Source of the DNA: Zoogloea sp.
GTDB taxonomy: Bacteria; Pseudomonadota; Gammaproteobacteria; Burkholderiales; Rhodocyclaceae
Assembly (NCBI RefSeq): GCF_028689785.1
Contig: NZ_JAQVCN010000025.1
Location: forward strand, 319-64,318
DNA length: 64,000 bases
Direction: 5' to 3'
A program made the translations under genes and the position numbers. Shown piece after piece: positions 38,292 to 49,035 of the stretch. The notes beneath the pieces were generated by a model. It did not search any database, was not told where the DNA came from, and saw nothing but the letters and a program-made list of their open reading frames with translations. Every line of letters starts with the position of its first letter. Positions within the stretch are counted from its first letter, which is position 1.

Positions 38292-39003
38292 GGACGGAGG
38301 CGTTGATGTTGGAATGGAGGCGGGAGGGCGGCGCGGCCGATGTGGGCAGATCGGGGCGGGGCATGACGCCGGGCCAGGGCAGCGGGAGGTGCAGGGGAGC
38401 GGCCAGCAGGGGGCCGCGGCGCTTGAGGACTCGGACCTGGAGCCCCCCCTGGTCGGCACGTAGTGCCAGACGCAGTACGGCCGGGGATGCCTGGCCCGCG
38501 ACTTGGGCAGGGCGCAGCAGAATCAGGGGGGTGGCGCTGTCTTCAGCGGCCAGTTGCAGGCGGCGCAGGGCGGCCATGTCGGCCTCGGCCAGCCACAACA
38601 GAACGACCTCGCAGCTGCGTGAGGCCAGGGCCTGACGGCAGGCCCAGCGGGCATGGGCCGGGCTTTCCGCGTGCACCAGCAGCAGGCGCTCAAGGGGGAC
38701 GCCGGCAGCGGCGAGGGCCGGGGCGTAGGGCAGGCCGGGCGGGGCGATGCATACCCCCCAGCGCCCGGCGGGAACGTTGCACAACTGGGGAAGCAGGAGC
38801 CCCAATTCACCTACGCCGAAGTGGGGGATCAGCAGTTCGGTCAAGGCTCCAGGGGGCCATCCGCCCCCGGGCAGCACGGCGTCCAGGGGCGGGTAGCCGG
38901 TGGGGCGCCCGGGGGCAGCCTCGGCGGCAAGCCGGTCCCCCCGCCAGACCAGGTGATCGAGGGCGGCCAGGGCGCTGGCAGAGAGAGGTGCCGGGGTGGC
39001 CAT
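38227..39003 (-). CDS. imuA: Translesion synthesis protein ImuA
   Basis: VWRG, TGYPPLDAVLPGGGWPPGALTELL, LRRLQLAA, VRVLKRRG. Confidence 0.93.
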   Translation of the reverse strand: MATPAPLSASALAALDHLVWRGDRLAAEAAPGRPTGYPPLDAVLPGGGWPPGALTELLIPHFGVGELGLLLPQLCNVPAGRWGVCIAPPGLPYAPALAAAGVPLERLLLVHAESPAHARWACRQALASRSCEVVLLWLAEADMAALRRLQLAAEDSATPLILLRPAQVAGQASPAVLRLALRADQGGLQVRVLKRRGPLLAAPLHLPLPWPGVMPRPDLPTSAAPPSRLHSNINASVHALVRPRPARSGPAGLHAGAQ

Positions 39004-39030
39004 GGTGTTGGAACGCGGGGGGCGAGGAGC

Positions 39031-39633
39031 TCAGAGGGACTCGGAGCGGATCAGGCCGACGGCGAGGCCTTCGATTTCCAGGGGCGAGCTGCGGGTGTCC
39101 ACCACGATGGGTTCGAATTCCGGGTTGGCGGGGAGCAGCTCGACGATGGGCCCCTTGCGGGCCAGGCGCTTGACGGTGACTTCGTCCTCCACCCGGGCGA
39201 CGACGATCTGGCCGTTGCGGACTTCGCTGGTGCGGTGAACCGCCAGCAGGTCGCCGTCGAGGATGCCTGCATCGCGCATGCTCATGCCGCGTACCTTGAG
39301 GAGGTAGTCGGCACGGGGGGAGAACAGGCCGGGGTCAAGCTGGTAGCGGCCCTGGACGTGTTCGGCGGCGAGGATGGGGCTGCCGGCGGCGACCCGCCCG
39401 ATCAGGGGCAGACCGAGGGCTTCCATCAGGCGGATGCCCCGGGCACGGCCTTCTTCGAGGGTGATGGCGCCCTTGGCGGCGAGGGCGCGGAGGTGGGTTT
39501 CCGCCGCGTTGGGAGAACGGAAGCCGAAGGCGGTGCAGATCTCGGCCCGGGTGGGCGGGCGGCCCTCCTGCTCGACGGTGTCGCGGATGAGCTGCAGGAT
39601 CTCCTGCTGACGGGGGGTGAGCATGTCTGACAT
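39031..39633 (-). CDS. lexA: SOS repressor LexA
   Basis: [16 protein letters not shown]...[29 protein letters not shown]. Confidence 0.97.
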   Translation of the reverse strand: MSDMLTPRQQEILQLIRDTVEQEGRPPTRAEICTAFGFRSPNAAETHLRALAAKGAITLEEGRARGIRLMEALGLPLIGRVAAGSPILAAEHVQGRYQLDPGLFSPRADYLLKVRGMSMRDAGILDGDLLAVHRTSEVRNGQIVVARVEDEVTVKRLARKGPIVELLPANPEFEPIVVDTRSSPLEIEGLAVGLIRSESL

Positions 39634-39652
39634 GGGGACTCCTGTAGGGTTT

Positions 39653-39668
39653 GTGTAATTTTATACAG
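39653..39668. promoter_or_regulatory. LexA box upstream of lexA-imuA-imuB
   Basis: GTGT-AATTTTAT-ACAG, one mismatch from CTGT-N8-ACAG, about 20 bp upstream of lexA. Confidence 0.75.
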
Positions 39669-39920
39669 GTTTTCGGCAATCGCAAGTTGTCGCATCCTTG
39701 CGCAAAGGCGCAGCGGGCCGTGATAAACGTCAAACACGGACCATAATTCCCTTGAGCCCCCGGCCCCCATGGGCTATCCCTTCAAGGACGCAGGCTAAAA
39801 AGCGCGCCGCCGCCGTGGCGGCCGAAACACAAAAAAGACAAGAACAGAGAACAGCGCAAGTCGTATCGCCCAATCAGCAAGGGTTCAATCCAGAGCCCAC
39901 AGCCCCCGGAGGAGATCTTC

Positions 39921-40508
39921 ATGCATGTCAGCCCCCAACACGCTTCGGGTAGAGTTCTCAAGGCGGCTCGGTTAGAATCCCCAGCCGTGCCGACCGAGCC
40001 CCGCGAAGGCGAGCCGGCCCCGCTCTTTTCCCTGCCCGATGCCGACATGGAGATGTTCGATCTGGCGTCGGTGCTGGGGTCCCATCATGTGGTCCTGTAT
40101 TTCTACCCCCGTGACAACACTCCCGGCTGCACGCGCCAGGCCATCGATTTCAGCGATCACGATGCCGATTTCGAGCAGGAGAAGTGCATCGTGGTCGGCA
40201 TAAGCCCCGATGACTGCCTGACGCATGCGGATTTTCGCGATGAGCATGGTCTGTCGGTCGAGCTGCTCTCCGATGAAGAGGGCGAGGTGTGCAGGCTCTA
40301 CGGGGTGTGGCAGTCGGCGCTGGTGAATGGGGTCATGAAACGCAATGTGCGCCGCTCGACCTTCATCATTTCTGCCGATGGGGTTTTGCAGCACGTACTG
40401 CACGATATCAATCCGCGCGGCCATGCCGCCGAAGTCTTCCAGCTGATCAAGCAGCTCAACTCAAGGAATGTAAATGGAAATCGCCAAGAACACGGTCGTC
40501 ACGCTTAA
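39921..40508 (+). CDS. bcp: Peroxiredoxin, BCP/PrxQ type
   Basis: GGAGGA before ATG; VLYFYPRDNTPGCT, VVGISPD, RSTFII. Confidence 0.85.
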   Translation: MHVSPQHASGRVLKAARLESPAVPTEPREGEPAPLFSLPDADMEMFDLASVLGSHHVVLYFYPRDNTPGCTRQAIDFSDHDADFEQEKCIVVGISPDDCLTHADFRDEHGLSVELLSDEEGEVCRLYGVWQSALVNGVMKRNVRRSTFIISADGVLQHVLHDINPRGHAAEVFQLIKQLNSRNVNGNRQEHGRHA

Positions 40509-40953
40509 CTACACGGTCACCGATCCGGACGGCAACATGATCGACGACGGTCAGCACCCGCTGGTGTATCTGCATGGCGGTTACGACGGCATCTTTGCGG
40601 TGATCGAGGAAGCCCTGCACGGCAAGAAGGTGGGCGACAACACCAAGGTCAAGCTGCTGCCCGAAGATGCTTTCGGCGAATACGACGAAGAGCTGGTGCT
40701 GGTGGAAGAGGCTTCCCTGTTCCCCGACAATATCGAAGTCGGCATGTCCTTCGAGCGTGTCGGTGAAGATGGCGAAGAGGATGTGGTCTATCGCATCACC
40801 GACATCGCCGACGGCAAGGTGGTCGTGGATGGCAACCATCCCCTGGCCGGTACCGCGCTGATCTTCGACATCACCGTCAAGGAAGTCCGCAGCGCCAGCG
40901 CCGAAGAGATCGGCCATGGTCATGTGCATGGCGAGGGTGGTCACCACCACTGA
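40474..40953 (+). CDS. slyD: FKBP-type PPIase SlyD
   Basis: MEIAKNTVVTLNY, YLHGG, PEDAFGE, DGNHPLAG, His-rich tail HGHVHGEGGHHH. Confidence 0.95.
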   Translation: MEIAKNTVVTLNYTVTDPDGNMIDDGQHPLVYLHGGYDGIFAVIEEALHGKKVGDNTKVKLLPEDAFGEYDEELVLVEEASLFPDNIEVGMSFERVGEDGEEDVVYRITDIADGKVVVDGNHPLAGTALIFDITVKEVRSASAEEIGHGHVHGEGGHHH

Positions 40954-41087
40954 GGGTAGGAGAGCAGGTTCTGCCCCCCCGTGGTCAGGCATCTGGCGCG
41001 GGCCGCATGCGGGGCAGGATCTCCTTCCATCGTTTGCCTCAACGGCCCCGGGTGTCATGCAGACATGATGTCCCGGGGCCGCACTTG

Positions 41088-41116
41088 AACGGGCCGCAGC
41101 GCGGTCCGTTTTCTTT
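41088..41116 (+). terminator. Terminator-like hairpin between slyD and the ABC ATPase gene
   Basis: AACGGGCCGC-AGC-GCGGTCCGTT followed by TTCTTT. Confidence 0.55.
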
Positions 41117-41119
41117 GCG

Positions 41120-43165
41120 ATGAACAGACTGGACAAGGATGGCCCGGCCCTTCTGAGTGTTGAAGGGCTGCGGATTGAGCTTGGACCCCGGAGCAAGCCG
41201 GTGCGTCCCGTGGATGGCATCAGCTTCGAGGTGCCCGCCGGCCGGACCCTGGCGCTGGTCGGTGAATCCGGCTGCGGAAAATCCATGACGGCCCTGGCCT
41301 GCATGCGCCTGCTGCCGTCCGGCGGACGCATCGCCGAGGGTAGCGTCCGGCTTGGCAGCGAGGCCTTGCAGGATCTCCCCGAGACGCGCATGCGCGACAT
41401 CCGTGGCAAGCATCTGGCGATGATCTTCCAGGAGCCGTCCACCAGCCTCAATCCGGTGATGACGGTGGGCGACCAGATTGGCGAAGTGCTGGTCCGGCAT
41501 CGGGGTCTCCGCGGCCAGCCGGCCTGGGACGAGGCCGAGCGCCTGCTCGACGCGGTGGGTATCCCCGATGCCCGGCGCCGCCTGTCCGAATATCCCTTCC
41601 AGCTTTCCGGCGGCATGAAACAGCGGGTGATGATCGCCATCGCCCTGGCCGGTGATCCGCGGCTGCTGATTGCCGACGAGCCGACCACCGCCCTGGACGT
41701 GACCATCCAGGCCCAGGTGCTGGATCTGCTGGCCGAGCTGCAGGCCCGCCGCGGCATGGGCATGCTGCTGATCACCCATGATCTGGGCGTCGTCTCGCGG
41801 ATGGCTCACCGGGTGGGTGTGATGTATGCCGGCGAGCTTGTCGAGACCGGTGACCGGGAAGATTTCTTCAGCAAACCTCTGCATCCTTATTCCCGCAAGC
41901 TGTTCGCGGCGCTGCCCACGCCGGCCCAGCGCGGCCGGGCTCTGGAAACCATCGCCGGGCAGGTTCCCCGCCCCGGGGAGCGCCAGGATGGCTGCCGTTT
42001 TGCGGAGCGTTGCCCGCAGGTCCAGGCGCATTGCCGGGGTACTCCACCAGCGCTGCACAGGGTGGGGCGGCAGACAGTGCGCTGCCATCTCTACGACCCC
42101 AATGGCCGCATGGCCTGGGTGCAGACGCCTCCGCGTGCCTCTGCGCCGGAAGCCCGCCCGGTGGAGGCCGGCAAGGTGCTGGATATCGCTGCCCTGCAGG
42201 TTCACTTCCCTGTCCGCAAGGGCTTGTTCCGGCGCGTGGTGGGGCATGTCAAGGCGGTGGACGGGGTCTCCCTGCAGGTGCCCGCGGGCGAAACCCTGGC
42301 CCTGGTGGGCGAGTCCGGTTGTGGCAAGACCACTGCCGGCAAGGCGCTCCTCAAGCTGGTGCCGGCCAGCGGTGGGCAGGTTCATTACGGTGCCCAGGAG
42401 CTTCTGTCCCTGCCGGCTGCCCAGTGGCAGCCCCTGCGGCGTGACCTGCAGATGATCTTCCAGGACCCCTTCAGCTCCCTTGATCCGCGCATGCGGGTAG
42501 GCGAGATCCTGGAGGAGGGGATGCAGGCCCTGGGGGTGGAGCCCGACGCCGCCAGCCGGCAGGCCCGGGTCGATGCGCTGCTCAGCCGGGTGGGTCTCGA
42601 TCCGGCCATGCGTCACCGCTTTCCTCACGAGTTCTCGGGGGGGCAGCGTCAGCGCATCGCCATCGCCCGAGCCCTGGCCGTAGCGCCGAAGCTGATCGTC
42701 TGCGACGAGCCGACCAGCGCCCTCGACGTGTCGGTGCAGGCCCAGATCCTCAACCTCTTGCGGGAGCTGCAGGCTGAGTACGGGCTGTCGTATCTGTTCA
42801 TCACCCATAACCTGGCCGTGGTGGATTACCTGGCCCACCATGTGGCCGTGATGTACCTGGGGCGTATCGTGGAGCGGGGCACGGCTGAAGAGGTGTTGCG
42901 GGATCCGCGCCACCCCTACACCCGCATGTTGCTGGCCGCGGTGCCGCGCATCGAGGCGGGCAGCCGAGTCGGTGTTCGGGGCGAGTCGACCCGGGGCGAT
43001 ATGCCCTCGGCCTTCAATCCGCCCTCCGGCTGCCATTTTCACCCGCGCTGCGAGCACGCCAGCGAGGTGTGCCGCAGTACCTATCCCGAAGAGACCCGCC
43101 TGTCGGACAGTCGGGTGGTACGCTGCCATTTCCCTCAGGTGATGCCAGTGGCGGTGTCCGCGTAA
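41120..43165 (+). CDS. Fused double ATPase of a peptide/nickel ABC importer (DppD-DppF type)
   Basis: Two GESGCGK Walker A motifs, [10 protein letters not shown] and [14 protein letters not shown], two Cys-rich oligopeptide-transporter C-terminal domains. Confidence 0.93.
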   Translation: MNRLDKDGPALLSVEGLRIELGPRSKPVRPVDGISFEVPAGRTLALVGESGCGKSMTALACMRLLPSGGRIAEGSVRLGSEALQDLPETRMRDIRGKHLAMIFQEPSTSLNPVMTVGDQIGEVLVRHRGLRGQPAWDEAERLLDAVGIPDARRRLSEYPFQLSGGMKQRVMIAIALAGDPRLLIADEPTTALDVTIQAQVLDLLAELQARRGMGMLLITHDLGVVSRMAHRVGVMYAGELVETGDREDFFSKPLHPYSRKLFAALPTPAQRGRALETIAGQVPRPGERQDGCRFAERCPQVQAHCRGTPPALHRVGRQTVRCHLYDPNGRMAWVQTPPRASAPEARPVEAGKVLDIAALQVHFPVRKGLFRRVVGHVKAVDGVSLQVPAGETLALVGESGCGKTTAGKALLKLVPASGGQVHYGAQELLSLPAAQWQPLRRDLQMIFQDPFSSLDPRMRVGEILEEGMQALGVEPDAASRQARVDALLSRVGLDPAMRHRFPHEFSGGQRQRIAIARALAVAPKLIVCDEPTSALDVSVQAQILNLLRELQAEYGLSYLFITHNLAVVDYLAHHVAVMYLGRIVERGTAEEVLRDPRHPYTRMLLAAVPRIEAGSRVGVRGESTRGDMPSAFNPPSGCHFHPRCEHASEVCRSTYPEETRLSDSRVVRCHFPQVMPVAVSA

Positions 43166-43207
43166 GGAGTGAGGTCGACGCCCCCGCACGCGGCACGCGC
43201 GAAAGCC

Positions 43208-44518
43208 TTACATCCCCAGATAGGCCGCCCGCACCTGTTCGTCCTCAATCAGCTCGCGGCCACTACCGGTCAGCGTGATGTTGCCGGTTTCCAGCACATA
43301 GCCCCGGTCGGCGATGGCGAGGGCTGAGAAGGCGTTCTGCTCGGCCAGGATGATGCTCATGCCCTGGGCTTTGAGGGTCTTGACCACGTTGAAAACCTCC
43401 TCCACCAACAGCGGGGCCAGGCCCATGGAGGGCTCGTCGAGCAGCAGCAGCTTGGGGCGGCCCATCAGCGCGCGGCCGATGGCCAGCATCTGCTGCTGGC
43501 CGCCGGACAGGGTGCCGGCGGGGAGCTTCCGCTTCTCCTTGAGGATGGGGAACATGGCGTAGATCTTCTCCAGGTCACCCTCTACCTGCTCCTTGGGCTG
43601 GGTGTAGGCACCCAGGCGCAGGTTGTCCTCGATGGACAGGGGGCCGAACACCTGGCGCCCCTCCGGTGACTGGCAGATGCCCCGGCGCATGCGCATGTCG
43701 GCGCGCAGCTTCGAGATGTCTTCCCCGTCGAAGCTGATCCGCCCGGCGCTCATGGGTTGCACACCCGACAGGCTGCGCAGAAAGGTCGTCTTGCCGGCGC
43801 CGTTGGCTCCAACCAGAGCCACGGTCTCGCCGCGTCGTACTTCCAGGGAGATACCCTTGAGGGCTTTGATGCGGCCGTAGCAGCTTTCCAGACCATCCAC
43901 TTTCAGCAGCACCTCGGCGGCTGCGGCGGACGACTGCAACTCTCCGGCCGTGCTGCCGCCCAGGCCCACCGAGACAGGCGCCAGGCTGGCCACCTTGTGG
44001 AACAGCTCGCGGAATTCGGCCCGCGCGGCGCTACCAAAAATTGGGTCGTCGTTGTCGAGAAAGGCCGCGTCGATCTCGGCCCAGTCGGCGGGGGTGAGCA
44101 CCTCCCGGGCAAGGGGGTAGATGTCCTGCTCCTCGGCGCGGATGTGGGCCTTCTGGTCATTCAGGTAGAGACGCAGGGCTTCGGTGAGGCCACCGACCGT
44201 GCTGCGCCCGGCTGCCGTGTCGGCCAGTTGCTGGCGCAGGGCGGCGAGGTTGTGGGGCGCGTTGCGGTGCTCGGCTTGCAGGCGGTCAAGGAGCGGGGTG
44301 GCTGAATCGCTGCGCAGGCGCAGCAGGCGGAAGAGGTGTTCGTCTTCCTTGCGGTGATGGCAACCGTCCATGAAGTGCTCGAAGTAGTCGAGCACCGAGG
44401 TGATGAAGGCCGGGTCGACCTTGTTGGCCTGCTGCATTTCCTCGATGACCTGATCGAGGGTGATGGCCAGGCGCCACAGGTTGCGGTGCTCATCCTTGAT
44501 GATGCGGAGTGCTTCCAT
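43208..44518 (-). CDS. Hemerythrin-like domain fused to LivF-type ABC ATPase
   Basis: N-terminal about 185 aa: DEHRNL, CHHRKEDEHLF, AEHR, AHIRAEEQDIYP. C-terminal: GANGAGKTT, LSGGQQQMLAIGRALM, LDEPSMGLAP, VRAAYLG. One continuous frame. Confidence 0.9.
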   Translation of the reverse strand: MEALRIIKDEHRNLWRLAITLDQVIEEMQQANKVDPAFITSVLDYFEHFMDGCHHRKEDEHLFRLLRLRSDSATPLLDRLQAEHRNAPHNLAALRQQLADTAAGRSTVGGLTEALRLYLNDQKAHIRAEEQDIYPLAREVLTPADWAEIDAAFLDNDDPIFGSAARAEFRELFHKVASLAPVSVGLGGSTAGELQSSAAAAEVLLKVDGLESCYGRIKALKGISLEVRRGETVALVGANGAGKTTFLRSLSGVQPMSAGRISFDGEDISKLRADMRMRRGICQSPEGRQVFGPLSIEDNLRLGAYTQPKEQVEGDLEKIYAMFPILKEKRKLPAGTLSGGQQQMLAIGRALMGRPKLLLLDEPSMGLAPLLVEEVFNVVKTLKAQGMSIILAEQNAFSALAIADRGYVLETGNITLTGSGRELIEDEQVRAAYLGM

Positions 44519-44536
44519 CTTTGTTCTTCCTTGGTC

Positions 44537-45298
<762 letters not shown>

Positions 45299-45302
45299 GG
45301 TG

Positions 45303-46235
45303 TTATTCCCCTTTGCCCAGCTTCGCCGCCAGCGTCGGCACGAGGCCTTTGGGCAGGAAGATCATGCAGATCATCAGGATGGCGCCGAACACCACGGTCT
45401 CCCAGCCCTCGAAGGTGGCCAGGGCCTGGGGCAGGGCAGTGAGCAGCACGGCGCCCACGAGGGAGCCATACACCGAGGCCATGCCGCCGATCACCACCAT
45501 GGTTACCAGCTCAATGGAGTGGAAGAAGTCAGCCAGGTTGGGGGTCACGAAGCCCACGTAATGGGCAGTGATGCTGCCCATCAGGCTGGCAAAGACCGCC
45601 GACAGCACAAAGATGGAGACCTTGTAGCGCACCACGTCCACGCCCACCACCCGGGAGGCGACCTCGGAGCCATGCAGCGCGCGCAGGGCACGGCCGAAGG
45701 GTGAGTCGATGAGGTTGAGGGAGGCCCACACGCTTACCGACAGCAGCACTGCCACTACCCAGTACCAGTGCTTGTCGCTGGACAACTCGAAACCAAACAC
45801 ACCGAAGGCCGGCACCGGCATGCCGTCGGGGCCGCCGGTCCATTGGGCCTCGTTGCGCAGGGCGATGCTGAGGATGATGCCCAGGCCCAGGGTGGCCATG
45901 GCCAGATAGTTGCCCTTGAGCTTGAAGATCGGCCGCGCCACCAGTGCAGCCAGCACGCCGGTGGCCACTGCGCCGGCCACCATTGCCAGCACCGGATGCC
46001 AGCCGAAGTGGGTGGGTAGCACCGCCGAGGCATAGGCGCCAATGCCCAGGAAGCCGGCATGGCCCAGGCTGATCTGGCCGGCAAAGCCGATCAGCAGGTT
46101 GAGCCCGAGCACGATGACCGCGTTGATGGCCATGCGGATGACCAGGTCGAGATAAAAGCTGTTGGGCAGCACGAAGGGCAGCACGAGGAGGATCGCGATG
46201 ACGATGTAGAGCCCGTTGTAAGCACGGTTGCGCAT
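45303..46235 (-). CDS. LivM-type ABC permease
   Basis: GLNLLIGFAGQISLGHAGF, GNYLAMATLG, TGGPDG, VVIGG. Confidence 0.93.
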   Translation of the reverse strand: MRNRAYNGLYIVIAILLVLPFVLPNSFYLDLVIRMAINAVIVLGLNLLIGFAGQISLGHAGFLGIGAYASAVLPTHFGWHPVLAMVAGAVATGVLAALVARPIFKLKGNYLAMATLGLGIILSIALRNEAQWTGGPDGMPVPAFGVFGFELSSDKHWYWVVAVLLSVSVWASLNLIDSPFGRALRALHGSEVASRVVGVDVVRYKVSIFVLSAVFASLMGSITAHYVGFVTPNLADFFHSIELVTMVVIGGMASVYGSLVGAVLLTALPQALATFEGWETVVFGAILMICMIFLPKGLVPTLAAKLGKGE

Positions 46236-46237
46236 GT

Positions 46238-47113
46238 TTACACCCGGTCGGTGACCCGGGCGCCAAACAGGCCACGGGGCATGAAGAAGAGGATGAAGAG
46301 GATCAGCACGAAGGGAATCGCGTCTTTGTAGGCCGACGACAGGTAGCCCGCGCCCATGGCTTCCAGGATGCCCACCAGCAGCCCGCCCACCACCGCGCCC
46401 AGCCCGTTGCCGAGGCCACCGAGCACGGCCGCCACAAAACCCTTGAGGCCCATCATGATGCCGGCGTCGTAGGAGGTGAGGGTGATGGGGGTGACCAGAA
46501 TGCCGCCCAGGGCGCCCAGGGCAGCCGACATGGCAAAGCTCATGAACAGCACCCCGTTGGTGTTGATGCCCACCAACTCAGCCGCTACCCGATTGTAGGA
46601 CGTGGCCAGCATGGCCTTGCCGGTGAGGGTGCGGTTGAAGAAATACCACAGCACCACCACCACGATGGCGGTGACGCCCAGCACCCAAAGGCTTTGCGGC
46701 ATCAGGGTGGCACCGAGGATCTGGATGGGCTCGTCACCGGAGAAGGCCGGCAGGCTGTGGGTGCCCTTGCCGAAGATCACCGCAGTGAGGCCGCGGATCA
46801 CCAGAGAGGCGCCGATGGTGATGATGATCAGAGTGACGGTCTCGGCCCCCTTGACCGGCTCGATGGCCAGCTTCTCGATAAGGATGCCGACGATGGCAGG
46901 CACCAGGATGGCCAGCACCAGCGCGGCAGGCAGGGGCAGGCCCGACTGGACGAAGAACACTGCCAGCATGCCGCCCAGCATGATGAACTCGCCCTGGGCA
47001 AAGTTGATCACGTTGCTGGCGTTGTAGATCAGCGTGAAACCAAGGGCGGCCAGTGCATAGGTGGCACCCACGGTGACGCCGGAGAAGAGGAATTGCAGGA
47101 ACTGGGCAAGCAT
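46238..47113 (-). CDS. LivH-type ABC permease
   Basis: YALAALGFTLIY...INFAQGEF, GKAMLAT, LKGFVAAVLGG. Confidence 0.93.
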   Translation of the reverse strand: MLAQFLQFLFSGVTVGATYALAALGFTLIYNASNVINFAQGEFIMLGGMLAVFFVQSGLPLPAALVLAILVPAIVGILIEKLAIEPVKGAETVTLIIITIGASLVIRGLTAVIFGKGTHSLPAFSGDEPIQILGATLMPQSLWVLGVTAIVVVVLWYFFNRTLTGKAMLATSYNRVAAELVGINTNGVLFMSFAMSAALGALGGILVTPITLTSYDAGIMMGLKGFVAAVLGGLGNGLGAVVGGLLVGILEAMGAGYLSSAYKDAIPFVLILFILFFMPRGLFGARVTDRV

Positions 47114-47238
47114 GATCACCGCCCCCCTGTCCGGCCGTTCTCGATTCGATGGTCCATGATGTCTCCTGTCGTGATTGTTGTAGGACGGATGACCAGCGCC
47201 TTTGAGGCGTGTTCTGTATTTTGTAATCGATTCTGTAA

Positions 47239-47283
47239 ATTAGAAATGATACAAAATATCTAGTCAAGACAAAAATATGTATC
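47239..47283 (-). promoter_or_regulatory. Sigma70 promoter overlapped by a PaaX-type operator (transporter operon)
   Basis: Minus strand TTGACT (47267-47262)-N17-TCTAAT (47244-47239); GATACA-N24-TGTATC at 47248-47283. Confidence 0.7.
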
Positions 47284-47297
47284 GAAATGCCGTGGGC

Positions 47298-47325
47298 AAA
47301 AAAAAGCGCCGACACAGGTCGGCGC
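47298..47325 (-). terminator. Terminator of the IclR gene
   Basis: GCGCCGAC-ACAG-GTCGGCGC with an A8 run on its left, i.e. a U-tract on the minus strand. Confidence 0.8.
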
Positions 47326-47386
47326 GGAGAGTGAAATGATAGGGAGAGGAGCTGCGCTGATCGGGTGGTGGTCGATGCGCTTAGCT

Positions 47387-48193
47387 TCAGTCGTCGGCGG
47401 GTGGGGCGTCCCGGGTTGAGCCCAGGCGACGGGAGAGGGATTCGGCGGCCCGTTTGAGTTCGGCAATCACGCTGCTGTCAGGGCCCATGTCCACCGAGCC
47501 CTCCACTCCCACGATGATCAGGCCCATGGTGAGTTCGTTCTTGAAGTTGAACACCGGCGCGGCGAGGGCTTCGACCCCCTTGACCATGTAATTGCCGGTG
47601 ATGACGGCTACGCCGCGGGCCTCTACCTCAGCCAGCAGCGTGCGGGCGTCTTCGAGGGTTTTCACGCCCGGTGGAAGCCTTTTCTCGCTGACGAGTTCCT
47701 GCTGCAGCAGGGGGTCGATCTGGGCACGGGGCAGCCAGGTGGCAAACACCCGCCCGGCGGCCGAGTTGAGCAGGCTGAGGCGGGTGCCGGTGACCACATT
47801 CACCGTGATGGCCCGCCGCGGCCGCTCCCAGCGCACCACCACCGGGCCGCTGTCGCCCCACACGGCCAGGGCCGTGGTCTCGTTGATCTGGTCGCGCAGC
47901 TCGGCGATGGCCGCCATACCCACCCGCACCCGGTCGAGGCGGTCGATGGCGACTAAGCCGATGTTGAGGGCGAAAGGGCCCAGGTTATAGCGGGAACTGA
48001 GAGGGTCTTGCTCCACAAGGCCGGCCCGGATCAGGCTGACCAGGTAGCGGTGGGCCTTGGAGGGCGGCATCTCGGCGGCAGCGGCGATGTCCTTGAGCAT
48101 CATCGAGCGCTTGCCGCCCACCATGGCCTTGAGGATGCCCATGCCCACTTCCAGGGACTGGACGCCATGTTTGCCTTCCAGCTCGTCACTCAT
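47387..48193 (-). CDS. IclR-family transcriptional regulator
   Basis: VQSLEVGMGIL, PSKAHRYLVSL, YNLGP, NETTALAVW, SAAGRVF, ALAAPVF. Confidence 0.92.
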   Translation of the reverse strand: MSDELEGKHGVQSLEVGMGILKAMVGGKRSMMLKDIAAAAEMPPSKAHRYLVSLIRAGLVEQDPLSSRYNLGPFALNIGLVAIDRLDRVRVGMAAIAELRDQINETTALAVWGDSGPVVVRWERPRRAITVNVVTGTRLSLLNSAAGRVFATWLPRAQIDPLLQQELVSEKRLPPGVKTLEDARTLLAEVEARGVAVITGNYMVKGVEALAAPVFNFKNELTMGLIIVGVEGSVDMGPDSSVIAELKRAAESLSRRLGSTRDAPPADD

Positions 48194-48288
48194 GATGTCG
48201 GATTCTCGGGTAAGGTGATGGGTGTTACGCATTGAGTAATAGATTTCATCATAAGAAACCAAGTGTCAAGCCAAGGAGAGCATCAATC

Positions 48289-48909
48289 ATGACAACAAGC
48301 CTGCGTGTATATGCCATCGACGGTATCGTTCCAGTGGTGCACCCCACCGCTCATGTCCACCCGTCCGCCGTGCTCATCGGTGACGTGATCGTCGGCCCGG
48401 GCTGTTACGTTGGACCCTGCGCCAGCCTGCGTGGCGATTTTGGCCGCCTGATCCTGGAGGAGGGCGCCAATATTCAGGATACCTGCGTCATGCACGGTTT
48501 TCCCGGTACGGATACGGTGGTGGAGCAGGACGGCCACATTGGCCACGGTGCGGTGTTGCATGGCTGCCGCATCGGCCGCAACGCCCTGGTGGGCATGAAC
48601 GCGGTGATCATGGACAACGCCGTGATCGGCGAGTCCACCATCGTGGCGGCATCGGCCTTCGTCAAGGCCGGAGCGGAGATCCCGTCGCGGGTGTTGGTGG
48701 CCGGCATGCCCGCCAAGGTCATCCGCGAGCTCAGCGACGAGGAGATCCGCTGGAAGGGGGAGGGCACCGCCACCTACCAGGACCTCACCCGCCGTTGCCT
48801 CGCCACCCTGGTGGAGACCGCCCCGCTCACCGAAATCGAGCCCGATCGCAAACGCATCCACCTGCCCGACGTGGTGCCGCTGGTGGCGCTGCGCAAGAAA
48901 GAGGGCTGA
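48289..48909 (+). CDS. paaY: Phenylacetate degradation protein PaaY (hexapeptide-repeat thioesterase)
   Basis: [54 protein letters not shown]. Confidence 0.93.
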   Translation: MTTSLRVYAIDGIVPVVHPTAHVHPSAVLIGDVIVGPGCYVGPCASLRGDFGRLILEEGANIQDTCVMHGFPGTDTVVEQDGHIGHGAVLHGCRIGRNALVGMNAVIMDNAVIGESTIVAASAFVKAGAEIPSRVLVAGMPAKVIRELSDEEIRWKGEGTATYQDLTRRCLATLVETAPLTEIEPDRKRIHLPDVVPLVALRKKEG

Positions 48910-48939
48910 GCCGGGAACGGCCGACGCGGCTGCTCTCCC

Positions 48940-49025
48940 GTGGGGTCGAATTCATTCGACCTCGGACCCGGATCAAAGGCATGCCGATGGTTTGGGCTCG
49001 TGGGGTCGAATGAACTCGACCCCAC
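48940..49025. repeat. REP doublet (REPIN-like) copy 3
   Basis: GTGGGGTCGAATTCATTCGACC ... GTGGGGTCGAATGAACTCGACCCCAC; 86 bp between convergent paaY and paaX. Confidence 0.82.
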
Positions 49026-49035
49026 GAGCCGCCGC

